DNA from: Octopus vulgaris
Lineage: Eukaryota
NCBI GenBank assembly: GCA_951406725.2
Contig: OX597817.1
Span: 26,722,001-26,786,000, forward strand
Direction: 5' to 3'
Length of the DNA: 64,000 nucleotides
The position numbers were made by a program, and so were the translations under genes. The notes beneath the pieces were generated by a model. The model ran no database searches and was not told where the DNA came from. It worked only from the letters and a program-made list of their open reading frames with translations. Of the stretch, positions 38,190 through 52,486 are shown one piece after another; within the stretch, counting starts at the first letter, position 1; every line of letters starts with the position of its first letter.

Positions 38190-38435
38190 TCATTTGTGTT
38201 TATATATCCAGATGTATTTTTCATGATGTGACCGCGTGTGTACCGTTGGCGATTTTTTTTTCCTCTGTCTTCCCTTCTCTGGATCTGTCCTCCTATGTTA
38301 CTGACGAAGAGCTCCGCTCAAAACGTTAAACCCTCCTTCTTTCCTTCTTTCCTGAGCGTCCAATAATACTATATTTGTTCCACGTCCTCGCGTTGTTGTG
38401 TTTTTTGTCCTTTCTTGTTTGGATTAACTTTATAG
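38190..38435 (+). mobile_element. Penelope-like terminal fragment with hammerhead (38297-38331, G12A)
   Basis: GUUA-CUGACGA-AGAGC UCC GCUC-AAAAC-GUU-AAAC; ends at TTTATA. Confidence 0.5.
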
Positions 38436-39984
38436 CCTTCACACTGGGTGTACATAATTCCTTTTAAATGCTTAGCCTAAGGTTCAACAGATAATATTAG
38501 ATTAGAATGTAAAAAAGTTCAAAATTGAAAGACCTAGCAACACTCTTAAACATAGCACATTCTGGAAATCGCATCAACCTGTGTAGACTACACACAAAAT
38601 TAAAGGATTACAAAGACCATTACAGATAATCTAAGACATAGACTCACCAGAGACCAAACTGGAGATAATCAGCAATTGTATTTTAACTTCTATAAGCACA
38701 AAAGTCAGGCACATTGGAAATCCAGCACTGTCATTATCAACTATGTTAACAGCATCAGAGCTAAATTCAAGGCAGATTCACCAAAATTAATCTTGTAGAA
38801 GACTCTTCCATTATAAAGGACTTCATGTGAAAGCTCTATAAATTGGTAAAATATGCACCACCACAACCGAGACCGATATTAACATTATAATGAATGCATG
38901 AAAGTCATTATTATTTTATGAAAATTGCCCTTGGGTTAAAAAAAATGTAAAAGAACTTTCAAAAATAAGGGAGCATAGATTTTGAACATCCTACACACAT
39001 GAAAAATAAAACAAGATCCATTAGGGTAGGATGGCTCAGAAATTAATGACTCACCATATCCAACAGCAAATGGGCATATCATCCACGGTTAAAGGACATT
39101 AATTTCCATTTTGAAGGAATTTGATTTAAAGGTTCAAAAAATGCAAACCTGAGGATAGCAAATTTCCTGACACTACAATGAAAGGCAAATGCAATTAAAC
39201 GAAATATCATAGGCAACAATAAAAGACAAAGGCATATAAAAGCCACAGTAATATTCTCAGTAAAGTGCAGCTTGAAAACTTAATATTTTGACCTGGACAA
39301 ATAATATATTAAATATAAGTGACAAGATTATTACTATTGCCTTCATGCAAAGTAAAACAAATTTCAAGCTTTCAACCATCTTCAGTCACACTGGAATTTT
39401 TTTCCCAAACTAGTGGAACCCAGCTGATATATGGCATATTAAGAAATAGAAGGGAAATATCAGGCAAAAATTTAAGATATATGTCAAGACTTACTATTGT
39501 GTGGAAAATTTGAAATAGTTGTCTCCTAATATTAAAAAAAAAATGTATATCATTCTGTGAATTTTCGTGGAAACATTTTCATTAATTAATTTTTTATCTT
39601 TAAGTTTAGCCTGTTTAGCCTGTCTTAATCAGTGAAAGAGTTAGTGGTGGTGCTGTCTTAGATTAAAGCATTTTTCCTTATAGGCCAATAATGTCAACTT
39701 GATGGATTGAGAATTCATATAACTCATACATTATTGTGAAACAACATCACCTCAATAAATACTAGTAAAGCCTATACCATACATTGAGTAATTTTTCTCC
39801 TATTCTTTTTATATGCTACGTGCAAATATACATATATTTATGTGTGTTTGTATATTCTGTTTGTTGTGATTGAATGACTACAGTGTTATTAAGTTGTTTT
39901 ATATATATATGTTTGTATTAATGTATGTGTCCATTGGTGTGTATGTAGGTTTGTAAATATGTATATACATACGTTCTTATATAT

Positions 39985-40920
39985 CATCATCATTGCTTAA
40001 CGTCCATTTCCCATGCTGGCATGTGTTGGACGGTTTGACTGAGAACTGGCAAGCCAGTAGGCTGCACCAAGCTCCAATCTGATCTGGCAAGGTTTCTACA
40101 GCTGGATGCCCTTCCTAACGCCAACCACTCTAGATGGCACAATCAGATGGTGCATTTTAAGTGCCACTGGCACAGAAGCCAGTCGGGGGGTCACTGGCAT
40201 CGACCACGTCTGGATGGTACTTTTTACATGCTACTGGCATGGGAAACCAGTCAGGCAGCACTGGCATTGAACCATGCTTGAATGATGCTTATTACATGTC
40301 ACCAGCACAGGTGCCAGCCAGGCAGCACCGGCATCGGCCACAACTACGATTTCCATTTTGATTTTGATTTTACTTGATTCAATAGGTCTTCTCAAGCACA
40401 GTGTATTGCCTGATGATTCAAGGGTACTTTTAGTGGGCTGGTTATGCAACGCTGGTATCAACCACAGCTGTAATCTCACTTTACTTGCCGAATCATTGGC
40501 CACGATTCAATTTCCTTTGACCCAATAAGTCTTCTCTAGCACAGTATATCACCTGATGATTGAAGGGTATTTTTAGATGAGCTGTTTCTGCGACACTGGT
40601 ATCGGTCATGGCTGTGATCTCACTATACTTGTTGGTCTTCTCAATCACAGCATATCTCCAAAAGTCTGGGTCTCTTGTCATTGCCTCTGTGAAACCCAAC
40701 GTTTGACGGTCGTGCTTCGCCACCTTATGCCTTCCTGGATCTCCATCTTCCATGGGCTACTTCCACTGTTAGTGTGTGACACTTTTTCACACAGCTCTCC
40801 TCATCCATACACAGTACATGACCATACCAGCACAGTCGTCTCTCTTGCACACCACATTTGATGCTTCTTATGTCCAATATTTCTCTCAGGGTACTTACAC
40901 TCTGTCGTGTATGCACAATT
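39985..40920 (-). mobile_element. RTE-type LINE 3' end (ORF2 C-terminus plus tail)
   Basis: Minus translation IKCGVQERRLCWYGHVLCMDEESCVKKC..GRWRSRK, continuous with the (GAT)n-tailed repeat. Confidence 0.75.
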
Positions 40921-41449
40921 GAGCATTGGGTCTCACAGAGACAAAGTGTCTGAGTTTCTTTCGAGTGTTGGGCCTCATGGAGGCAATGACTAAGACCTTT
41001 GAAAAGAAGACCCATCAAGCCAAGCAAAATCACAGTCATGGCAGATACCAGTCTTATGCAAATTGGCACCCATGGTGGTGGCATGTAAACACACCCTTCT
41101 GTCATGCAAATGGCACATAAAACCATGCCAGATGAGAATGGAGTGTGGTGCAGCCTTCTAGCATGCCAGTACTGTCAAACCATCCAACCCATACCAGCAA
41201 GGACAACAGACGTTAAATGATGATGATGATATATAAATGTATGCATGTATGTATGTGTTTGTATATATATATATATATATTTAATGACAATTACCCATGC
41301 TGACATGGTTTGGATAGTTTGACTAGAGCTGGTTCCATTCTGATTTGACATGGCACTCTTCCAGGCTATTCCCCTTCCCCAGGGGCAGTGGATTTACACT
41401 TCTGCTGTGGAGTATAGGTCTTCTTGCGTACAACAAAGTACCAGATAAT

Positions 41450-42020
41450 TTGTCCTTTGTTATCTCATCTTAAATTTTCAGCATCCTGAGGTCGTTCCTC
41501 AGTACTTCCTCCCATATCTTCCTGGGTTTGCCTCTTCTATGTGTTCCATCTACTTTGAGAGATTGGTACTTCTTTATGGAGCTGTCAGCATCCACCTGCA
41601 TCATATGACTAAACCAGTGCAGTCTTCTCTCATGCACACTGCATTTAATTCTTCTTATGCCTATCATCTTCATCAATGCATTAGCATTCTCTCAAACATG
41701 TACACTTACATTACACAAACAGCTGAGCATTCTAGCCTCATTCCTCTCTAACCTTTGTATTTTTTCTGCATTCAGTGCCCTCATCTTTTTGTCAAGTAAA
41801 ATTTCTTTCTGTATACATGTATCATACAATCTTGCTTTCACTTGGAGAGAGAAACCTTTCATAATCAACAGAGGTAAAATTTCTCTGAATTTCTTCTATC
41901 CTATTCGTAGTTTAGCTATTGCATTCTCTGTACATTCTGTCCCTTAACTAATTTGGTCCCCTAGGTAGCAGAAATTATCTACTACCTCTTACGAGCCACC
42001 AGGGCATTTGAGAAACAATT
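41450..42020 (-). mobile_element. Degenerate RTE-type LINE fragment
   Basis: IKCSVHERRLHWFSHMMQVD..RGKPRKIWEEVLRNDL (ORF 41470..41676); upstream FCYLGD-like remnant. Confidence 0.7.
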
Positions 42021-42454
42021 TCCTGCATATATATACATAAACACACATAACTGAAAAAATTTGGGGTCAACAAGGAGTACAGATGGACATTTATTTTTCA
42101 ATCACTACGTTAGTTTCTACACAACATAGTTCTCCAGGCAAGCAGGTACTTGATTATGTAACCGTTTCCCTGCATTATGAAATTTAGTTGTGTTTTCTCA
42201 TGCAGCATATAAATATTGTCTCTGTAAGTTCAAAATCTCAGCTTCAAGAGCATCCTATCTGTCTGTCATGACCTGAATTTAGTTGACAAATGTCCAAAAC
42301 ACAAGCCTGGAAGTATGTATAATACTACTACTGAATAGCACAGGGTAAAATCCGAAGGTAGATGTGATAAGCCTTATACTGTACTCTACAACATTCTTAA
42401 TAGCATACACCATAACATATATACATACATCATACATGTATATGTATATATATA

Positions 42455-42968
42455 ATCGAAATCGAAATCAAATTCAATGACTGGCATCCGTGCTAGTGGA
42501 CCGCTAAGACTACCATATGAGTGAGATCGTTGCCAGAGCAACAAGCTGGCCTCTGTACCAATGGCACGTAAAAAACACCATTTGAGCGTGATTGTTATCC
42601 ACGTCACCTTACTGGCACTTGTGCTGGTGGCATGGGAAAAAACATTTGAGCGAGGTCGTTGCCAGTACCACAGGACTGGTTTCTGTGCGAGTGGCACATA
42701 AAAAGCACCATTTGAGCATGGCCGTTGCCAGTACCGCCTGACTGGCTCCTGTGCAGGTGGCACGTAAAAGCACCCACTACACACTTGGAGTGGTTGACAT
42801 TAGGAATGGCATCCAGCTGTAGAAACTCTGCCAGATCAGATTGGAGTGTGGTGCAGCCATCTGGTTTGCCAGACCTCAGTCAAATCGTCCAACCCATGCT
42901 AACTTGGAAAGTGGACGTTAAACGATGATGGCGACGACGACGATGATGATGATGATGATAATGATGAT
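42455..42968 (+). mobile_element. RTE-type LINE tail repeat with (GAT)n
   Basis: Same family as 36945-37310. Confidence 0.75.
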
Positions 42969-44844
42969 ATATATATATGACAGATGAAGGCTCTGCAATT
43001 TCTTGTTTAACAGCCTGCAGAAATCGTTTGTTTATAGCTATCAAATGGTTGTGTCATACATTAGCTCACTCCCACCATGAAAATGACATTCAGAAAGTAA
43101 GTGCTTCTGAGGTTATCAAATTGTAGTAGCATGACATATTACCATCAAATTAGCTATAGAAGAAACATCTGGCTCTGTGTTTGAATGGTTGACTCTAGTT
43201 GTGTGGGAGTGGTTTTAATAGGTGTTTATGAAAAAAAAAATATGGAAGTCTGCACAAAATAATGATTTGCAAAGAGATAACATCAATAAATTCATTACAA
43301 CAGACCTTTGCAGATCTAAAATGCATTGGAGCTAATTAGACTTCAGCTGATGTTACAAAGACTCGACAATGGTCTTTGATTCAGGTATTATTGTCACTTT
43401 GAAATATGTCATTATGATCAAATATATGGGATCTTCTTAAATATGTTGAGTGCTCCCACAATTAATGTTTTGAATATTTTAAGATTCAATTACATGTATT
43501 GACGTTCATAGCATTACAGACACAAAACCACAAACACACATATGCCTGTTTGTGTATATAAAATCATAACAGATATTTTTTTATTTTAAAATCCCATGAG
43601 AATTTAGACTATGATGTGTCACTATTTCAGAAAGTTGTCATATAAATAGTATCTAAGTTTGAAATGAGTTGAAGTAGCACACACACACACAACAAACATA
43701 CACTTAAAGATATGCTATAGAAAGCTTTCTGATTCTATCATCGATTGGTATATATTCCCTTAAAGTTCACTTTTATAGTGCCCGAGCTAAGTATTTTCGA
43801 ATTAACTTTAAGCTTGATGGAATTAGTTAGATTATGTTCGAAATTGGATAATAATAATGATAATAATAATAATAATAATAATAAAACATTGTGTACAGTG
43901 CTCAGGTGCACTACAACTCATCTAAAGGATGTATTTGAATATGCTGTTTAGTTGCTTTGCAATAGACTGGCAAAGAAATTATCAAACAGGCTAGAGGGAT
44001 GCTACACAAGGATGCTATAAATGGCTCTAAATGTGAAATGCCAGCAACATATGACAAAGGAATGCTTTTATGGAGACTTACAGAAAGTTAACAAGGAGAT
44101 TAGAGAAAGATGGCTGTGACTATCTGGTCACTGTGTGTGCCACCCTGTACTGGAAGCAGCCAATTTAGACTTGTGGAACCCACTTCATGGTGATGTAAGA
44201 AGAAGAAAATGTTGTCATGTTTACATTGACAACTTGACTGCAGACACTGGCCTGGAATGTATCCAAAACCTTGAGGTAATGATGTTGGACCAAGAATTGT
44301 GGTGAGTGGACTTTGTTGCTGCGGCCTAGATTGGAACCCAACCATAGTAAAAATAATAATTGCTAGGTCCTGTCATCAATATGAAATCTAAAACAACTTG
44401 GGCAGCTGCAGTTGATTATTGGCAACACAAAGTGTTTACTTACATATTCAAGTGGGAGTGAAAGAAGTTAGACAGACAGACAGACAGACAAGCAATCAGA
44501 TGGATAAAGAGACAGGCAGACAAACAGATAGACTGATAGCTAGCTAGAAAGCTAGACAGATAGACACAGAGAGAGACACAGACAGAAAGTGAGAGAGAGA
44601 GAATTACTTACAGTTACTGATGGAAAATTATTGTGGGCAACAAGTATCAATTATATTCAGGTGCATATCATTGTCAGCAACAGTTAACGAATTAAAAATA
44701 CTAACATGGAATTTTTGTTCTCAATTTGCAAATACATTCACATAATTAAACTATGCGTGTGTGGGCATGTGTGCATGTGTGTGTATGTGTATTTATCCAC
44801 ACACACAAATATACATGCACACATATACAACATACTCTCTCTCT

Positions 44845-45115
44845 CTTTTACTTGTTTCAGTCATTGGTTGTCAAGCAATGCTAGGGGGACAAACACAGAC
44901 ACACAAACACACACATTCATATATATATATATATATATACATATATACGACGGGCTTCTTTCAGTTTCCGTCTACCAAATCCACTCACAAGGCTTTGGTC
45001 GGCCCGAGGCTATAGTAGAAGACACTTGCCCAAGGTGCCACGCAGTGGGACTGAACCCGGAACCACGGGGCTGGTAAACAAGCTACTTACCACACACACA
45101 GCCACTCCTGCGCCT
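44845..45115 (-). mobile_element. SINE family A with internal deletion
   Basis: Tail joined directly to GGTTGTCAAGC; head intact. Confidence 0.8.
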
Positions 45116-45462
45116 ATATATATACACAAACATTACAAAAGTAGATAGTCATCCCTAATTTTATATATGTATATATATATATGGTGTGATGGGTAAATTG
45201 TCACCATTTTATACTTTTTATTTCGCACATGTGCATTGGTTGTTTTTGCTTTTGTTGACTACACAGTATAGTAGGATCAGTTGGGCACTGTCTGTGAGAT
45301 AAACAGCATCATGATGCAATTCATTCGGCCAGAAATTTGGAAACGACATGCTGCACTGCTTGGCATTTGTGCAAATCTGTTGGTACACTGACTAATGCAC
45401 CTCTGATGATAGGTACAAATGAGAATTCATGTATGGTGCTTCTATTTTTTAATTATTATTAA

Positions 45463-46228
45463 TCTTCCACTGAGGAGGGAACTGGTTTCCAACAAAGATA
45501 CAAGGCTCCATCTTTGGAATGTAGTTAACACAGAGAAATTCACATTTGGTACTTGAGAAAAGTCATACATATTTTTACCATTCCACTCACAGATTGCACC
45601 TGTAATGTATGAATAAGCCAGTTAGATTTCTCTTTCTGAAAATCTCAGTTTATCCAGATTCTCCTTTAAGCATTTACTAACAAAACCTAGAGATCCAATT
45701 ACTATTGGTACCAAATAGGAATTCATAGTCTGGATATAGAAGCTGGAGGTTTCAAAGCAGTTGTCCTGTTTTGATTTTCAAAGAGATATTTATATCTGCA
45801 GGACAGCTGTCTTCTATGATGGTACACACCTTCACCCCTCTGTCCCAAACAACAATATACAGCCTGTTATGCTTACATTTGACAGAAGATTTGATAGGAA
45901 TATTCCACCGGTATTCCATGAGTTGGTGTTTATGAATGTATTCTATAACAGAAGGATTTTCTAAGTATATTTCAGGACGGTCTTTTTTGTGGATGGCATT
46001 GTAAACTGTTCTAGCAACATCATCATGCTGCAGAGGGAGGTAGTACCATGACAACATGTTAGGACAGTTTTTAATCATATACATAATGTCTCCCAGAGAG
46101 CATGACATAGCCTACACATGCGGTTGCACCTTAGGATTTGAAGAGCATCACTCTCTCGCTGGTTCACCAAGTAATTTGTGGTAATCTCCTGTTCCTGAAT
46201 TGCAAACACATAGCCTTCAAAGTGTGAT
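45463..46228 (-). mobile_element. 3' fragment of an RLE-type non-LTR retrotransposon (R4/Dong-like), ending at (TAA)n
   Basis: EGYVFAIQEQEI..CRLC..ET..C zinc knuckle, YY..HDDVAR, KHNR.YIVVWD..CTIIE.SCPADIN (RLE domain). 3' end abuts TAATAATAAT. Confidence 0.8.
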
Positions 46229-46754
46229 GCATGTGTGCATGTATGTATGTACGCATGTATGTATATGTAAATTCCATTTTGGTTTAACCTTTGAGTTTTC
46301 TTTATTAAACCCATCCGCCAGTACTGGCTGCACAGGTAATGTCTAATTGACAGAGGGAGTGCAATACTTACATTTGATCGCTATAAAATCATTTGAGCAG
46401 GTCATTCAACTTAAAACCGGAATCCTCATATGTCATGTCCATTGGAAAAATCCATCCTCTCTCTCTCTCTCTCCATATTATATTTATATAAATTTAAATT
46501 TATTTCATCACTGTATTTACTGCAGTGACGTTTTAACCATATCGCGTGATGGAATTACAAAGCGGGCAATTTAAACTGGTCATCTTGCATACGTGCATAT
46601 ATATGTATGTATACATTCGTATGTATGTATACATATATATTTATATGTATGTATACATATATATATATATATGTATGTATACATTCGTATACGTAAGTAT
46701 TTGTATGTTGTATGTATATATATATATGTGCATTTATGTTACTCTTTGTGTATA

Positions 46755-46811
46755 TTCCACTGATGAGGCAAAGCATTTCTAAAAGCAAAGCCAGAAAACC
46801 AGGATCTGGAA
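46755..46811 (+). ncRNA. Hammerhead-like motif in a Penelope-like terminal fragment (~46700-46950)
   Basis: UUCCA-CUGAUGA-GGC..GCC-A-GAAA-ACCAGG-AUC^-UGGAA; stem I has 5-6 bp. Confidence 0.6.
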
Positions 46812-47484
46812 TTATCCAATAATTTTTTACCAGTTTTATTTTGTCTTCTCTCCTTGTGCTGTATGGGCATTTAATGTGGTTTTAGAGTCAGATCTTGGCT
46901 ACTATTTTCAGCATGGTGGTATCTCTTAGATATCCTAAATTATAATTTTATATATAATCATATATATTTATAGATACATTATGCATTGTATTCACTACAT
47001 ATGAATGCCTATCTACATGTACACTGGGAAATTCAAGTATCCCAAATTATTCGCACCACATGCAAGCACACTTTAAATTGCCAGCGGTCCATTCAAGGTT
47101 TAAAATGATAATTCAGCTTAGAACCAATTGCATGTATCTTTAGCAGGAAAAAAATTATAAGTTCTCCAATCTGAACTATGAAAGATTGAAGTAAAATCAA
47201 TATTAGTATTTCCAATCTGTAGAAGAATGTTTTGCCTCGAGTATCACTTTAATCACTGTTAGGAGATTATAGTGCCCATCAACCATAACACAATCTCTCC
47301 AAGGAAATTCAATTTACCGCTTCATAAAATTAAGTACTTTATCTTTGCTTGAAAGAAGCAAGGTTTCTGTTCTAGGAAGTTTGTATGAATAATTTTCCAT
47401 GTTCTCTGGTTATTATCATACCGAGTTTAGTGTGAATTGCTTGTCAGATGCAAACCACTGCAGAAGGCTACTCAATTTAATGTT

Positions 47485-48035
47485 AACAGTGCATATACAT
47501 ACAAATGTATGTATGCATGTATGTATGTATGTATGTATGTATGTATGTATGTGTATGCATGCATGTATGCATGCATGTATGTATGTATGTATGTATGTAT
47601 GTATTTAGGCATGCAATATATGTATGTATGTATGCATGCATATATGTATGCATGTATGTATGCATGTATGTATGCATGTATGTATGCATGTATGTATGTA
47701 TGTATGTATGTATGTATGTATGTATGTATGTATGTATGTATGCATGCATGCATGTATGTATGTATGTATGTATGTATGCATGTATGTATGCATGCATGTA
47801 TGTATGTATGCATGTATGCATGTATGCATGCATGTATGTATGTATGCATGTATGTATGTATGTATGTATGTATGTATGTATTTAGGCATGCAATATATGT
47901 ATGTATATATGCATATATGTATGCATGTATATATGCATGTATGTATGCATGTATGTATGTATGTATGTATGCATGTATGCATGTATGTATGTATGTATGT
48001 ATGTATGTATGTATGTATGTATGTATGTATGTATG
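47485..48035 (+). repeat. (TATG/CATG)n tetranucleotide satellite with a ~280-bp internal duplication
   Basis: TATTTAGGCATGCAATATATGTATG marker at ~47602 and ~47879. Confidence 0.9.
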
Positions 48036-48036
48036 T

Positions 48037-48580
48037 ACAAGATAGCCCTAAAATCACTGAGTGGTTGCAATTTTTGATAATTCATTTATTTTTTGACATT
48101 TTTCTTTTTTTTCAGGCATTTTCTGAAAATTAATTATGGAAAAAATATGGCACCGCACAATGCACTCAAGTGGTGAAATTGTTCTATCAAAATCAAGGGT
48201 CAATTATTCAAACAAAGCGAGCATATCATTGGCACCATCAAGTGAAAACATAAGGAAGAACTTATTTTTTCATTTTGAAAAACAATGGGCTGTAAGTGAT
48301 CTCCCATGATCTGGGAGACTTCACACTGTCAGTACCAATGAGGCAAGGAAATGAGTGCAAGAGAGCATTGAATAGAATCCAGGTATGTTGACCTAAAGGC
48401 GATACAATCGGTTCAACAGTTGAAGTCCCAGGATTATGAACACAGGTTCCAATACACAGTCAGAATCCAGGAATTGGCACAAAATATGCCAAATTTTATG
48501 CAAAAATTGATCATTTCTGATGAAGCTCACTTTCATTTCAATGGGTTCATCAACAAACAAAATTGCTGGTTTTGGGCACA
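48037..48580 (+). mobile_element. Degenerate Tc1/mariner-superfamily transposon fragment
   Basis: MEKY..VVKLFYQNQGSIIQT.RAY N-terminal HTH-like segment and LIISDEAHFHFNGFINKQNCWFW catalytic-D motif (ORF 48420..48653). Confidence 0.7.
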
Positions 48581-48606
48581 TACATACACATATATATATA
48601 TATATA

Positions 48607-48855
48607 TATCATCATCATCATCATCATCGTTTAACGTCCGTTTTCCACGCTAGCACGGGTTGGACGGTTCGACCGGGGTCTGGGAAGCCAGGGGCTGCTC
48701 CAGGCTCCAGTCTGATCTGGCAGAGTTTCTACGGCTGGATGCCCTTCCTAACGCCAACCACTCCGCGAGTGTAGTGGGTGCTTTTTACGTACCACCGGCA
48801 CAATATATATGTAGGGGGGGGGGTCCGGCATCGGTCACAATCGGTTGGAGCTTTT
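48607..48855 (-). mobile_element. RTE-type LINE tail repeat
   Basis: (CAT)n CGTTTAACGTCCG.. family. Confidence 0.75.
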
Positions 48856-49545
48856 ATATATATATATATATATATGTATGCATGTATGCATGTATACACA
48901 CACACACACACATATACGGACACATGTGTATATAGGTGCTGTTGAGTCTCTGTAGTTAATAATTTTGCATTACAACCATGTGATCTCAGTTCAATCCAAT
49001 GACAAGGAACATCTAGCAATTTTTTTTTATATATAGCCACAGGTTGACTGACACCTTGTAAGTAGAATTTAGTAGATGGAAATTATTCTAAAACAATCAT
49101 ATATATTTATATATGCATACATTTTATGTCTTCATCCGACTTTGTGTAAATGCTTATGTGATTGACACAATAATACCAGTTAATATAAGTCTGTTGTTGA
49201 TTCAAAATATCTTTGTAAATCAGTAAAATATAGACTAGTAAATTATGCACCAGCCTGAAATATGATCACCTAATAAAGATATCATATTTGTGTTCTAGCA
49301 TAGCCAGAGTTAAACAACTGAAATTAGTGAGATAAAAAAACAAAGAAAAATGTGGCTCTGTGGTAAAAGGCTTGCTTTCCAACCATATAGTTCTGGGTTC
49401 AATCCCACTGTGTGGCACCTTGGGCAGTGTCTTCTACTATAACCTTCAGCTGACCAAAGCCTTGTGAGTGGATTTAACAGAGGGAAACTGAAAAAAGCCC
49501 GTCATATATACATACATTTATATATATATATATATACACACACAC

Positions 49546-51130
49546 ATATATATAAAACTGAGAATGTGTGTCTGTCTGTCTGTGTGTTTCCCTAAAACTC
49601 GAGAACTACACAACCAATTTCATTCAAATTTTACACATGTCTTACTTAGGGTCTATGTAGTTTCATGGGCAAAAAAAAAATGTTCAACGTCTTGCCTAGG
49701 GCGAGCCCATAGCAATATCATATCTTCTCCACTATTTCAGTATTACATGTTAAAAGTGAAACAAAAACATTTCTCTATTTTATGTCAGATACTTTCACTT
49801 TAACAATAAAAAATAGAGATAATAATAGCAATTGAAATATATGTAGTAAGTAATAATTAAAATCAAACTAAAGTATAATATAATCGTAACATAACAAAAG
49901 TAAAAATAGCAATTGGTATAAAATTGCATCAATGACTTGAACTTAAATAAGTGGTTTCACATGAATGGGAATAAATTAAAAATAAAATTAGTGTGCAGAA
50001 ATGGAATAGTCCAGATGGAGCTGTGCACATACCATTTACCATGGCTTTTACATTAGATTATCTGCTAATTAGCTAGCATTAAGTATCTATATGAAGTTTG
50101 GCTTTATGTAATGTCTGTTTTCTCGAACAGCCACTTCTACTGAGTACTGCTGTTGGTTTATTTCTCATACATAAAGGACTAGAGCTTCAACTGCGTACTG
50201 CTTTTTGATTCACCGTAAGGTTTGTTGTTATTATTATTACTGTTTAACTATTGTTATCACATTTGTTGGTTTCTCGTAAGGGAAACGTTGTTGTGTTGCA
50301 TTTGTTAAATAATTGTAAACTGTAACCCTCCCCCTTTGGGAGAAGGAGCTTTGGTTATTGTTTAAAAATTGAATTGTGTCCCTGTTTGGGGAAATTGACA
50401 ATATTTTCACCGTTTATACGGAAGCATTTTTGTTAGAATGCTTTCGATAGAAGAAAGTCCAAAAAGGAATTTCGCTGCAGCCGTCGGCGGGCGCGAACTC
50501 ATTGAAATTAAAATGGAAGAAATACAAGCCTATTTCGGATTGATCACCAACAAAGACGGTGAATCTAGGATAACACCACCAAACGAAATAAAAAATTAAA
50601 GAAAAGACTATTGTCTATAGAGTATACAATGTAGAGAAAAAATGATTTGAACACCTGGAGGAAAGCACCATCGAAAAGTGTCTTGGTGCGACTATGAAAG
50701 ATATCTAACCAGAGGCGGTAAATTTGCCACAATAGAAGCAAGGTTCGAGTCAATGGAGCATGTAAGGGAGTACTCAACTCAAACCTTGCAAAGTGGAAAT
50801 ATTTTACTTTTACCTTTATATCTGGGACGTAGGACGTCCCGGATAAAAATTTAAAATGTCTCCCCAGAAGTAGAGGTAGGTTGGATTGTAACCACACTTC
50901 TATACAAGAAGGAGGACAAGATACAATTGATCGAAATTACAATAGACGGGCCTACAATTCCAGTCTGTTATATATTTTGAGTATTGTTATCACTAGCGAT
51001 ATCAAGATATAACTTTGTATTTTATGTGTAGATGTATATATATAGATGTACATGTAATATGTACACATATATATACACATATATACATGCACTAGCACTT
51101 TGACCCGGCAACGACGGGTCATAATGCTAG
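49546..51130 (+). mobile_element. Non-autonomous Helitron (~1.6 kb) inserted in the microsatellite of a truncated SINE A (49351-49505)
   Basis: 5' TATATAAAACTGAGAATGTGTGTCTGTCTG; 3' hairpin GACCCG-GCAACGA-CGGGTC followed by CTAG|T at 51127-51131. 5' boundary approximate. Confidence 0.7.
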
Positions 51131-51152
51131 TATATATATATATATGTATATG

Positions 51153-51450
51153 TGTGGAGGCGCAATGGCCTAGTGGTTAGGGCAGCGGACTCGCAGTCGC
51201 AGGATCGCGGTTTCGATTCCCAGACCAGGCTTTGTGAGTGTTTATTGAGCGAAAACACCTAAAAAGCTACACGAGGCTCCGGCAGGGGGTGGTGATCCCT
51301 GCAGTACTCTTTCACCACTCTTTTTTCTGTTGGCCTGCTCGCTTAGCCAGCAGGGTGGTGTCATTCGAAGGCTAAAACAATGCGAATGCATTGTGACCAG
51401 TGATGTGTAACAACATCTGATGGTCTGGTCGGTCACGTGATCACGTGATA
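51153..51450 (+). mobile_element. tRNA-derived SINE (family D) with (CACGTGAT)n tail
   Basis: GTGGAGGCGCAATGGCCTAGTGGTTAGGGCAGCGGAC..GGTTTCGATTCCC A/B boxes. Confidence 0.75.
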
Positions 51451-51589
51451 TGTATTCACCTTGCTCCTCCCTTAATTATTGCTGGCCCTGTACTAAGATT
51501 AGAAAGCATTATTATTATTCATATATTTATACAACAGGTTCGTGTGATTTGTTACTATATCACCAGGCCCTCCTCTGTATTTATGAGGT

Positions 51590-52164
51590 GTGTATAGCAT
51601 TGCCTCTTGACCTCGGTGACCAAAGGGCGAATCTACCAGGCCATCATTCATACTATCCTCTTCTATGGTTGTGAAACATGGCCTATGAGGGTAGTCGATC
51701 GTGGAAGGCTGAAGGTGTTCGACAATGACTCTCCGCCGTATTCTTTGCTGCCGACGCATTGATCGGGTTCCTACAGCTGGTCTTCGTCATTGCCTGAATC
51801 TCCAGCCCCACCCTTCGGTGCTTCTACAACGGTGCTTAAGGTGGTTCGATCATGCGGCCCAGGGTCCAGAGGGTGAGCTGATTCGCGATGTCCTCCTCCC
51901 ACCTCCACTTCCCAGCTGACGCAAACGCACGGGCGGGCAGCTGAAGCCCTGGGCAACGATGATAAAGGAGGACCTCTCCAAACTCTCAGGTCTGCAGTTG
52001 GTCGGTCTGTGCAGATGGAACTGCGAATGGTTCACTATCTCCTGTGACCTCACACAGGACCGTCGAGCATGGGCAGCCATGGTTCATGATGCCATCAGGA
52101 CCAGAGAAGAAGCCGGCTCAACCCACCCCGGGTGAATGCCGTCACAAGTACAAGTAAGTACAAG
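51590..52164 (+). mobile_element. RTE (BovB-like) LINE 3' end
   Basis: YQAIIHTILFYGCETW, RLKVFDND, LRWFDHAA, GGQLKPW..IKEDL; (CAAGTA)n tail. Confidence 0.8.
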
Positions 52165-52486
52165 CATTGCCTAGTGGGGATGTAGATCCTTGTTGAGTAT
52201 GCAGTATCATGTGTACCTTCTTTTGAGGTATGGCTTGTTGTTTCTAATGAGCCCGAGGCTATAGTAGCAGACACTTCCCCAAGGTGCCATGCAGTGCCTT
52301 TTGAGGAAATGGCTAATTGTTTCTGGTGTCATTTTTATTGTTTCTTCTGTTGAGTAACGGGTACATCATATGTTATTTTGCTGGAAGATGAATATATTTT
52401 GTATAGACTGTGTAACTGGTGTTATATATTTCAGTGTTAGCCACTGATTATGTTGAGTCTATAATGTGTGAGTAGCATTAACAGCT

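Noticed and set aside
51153-51230. tRNA-like sequence (also the heads at 14940, 60792 and 63550)
   Set aside because: A/B boxes continue into SINE bodies with tails or TSDs and no clean cloverleaf is evident; these are SINE heads, not tRNA genes.
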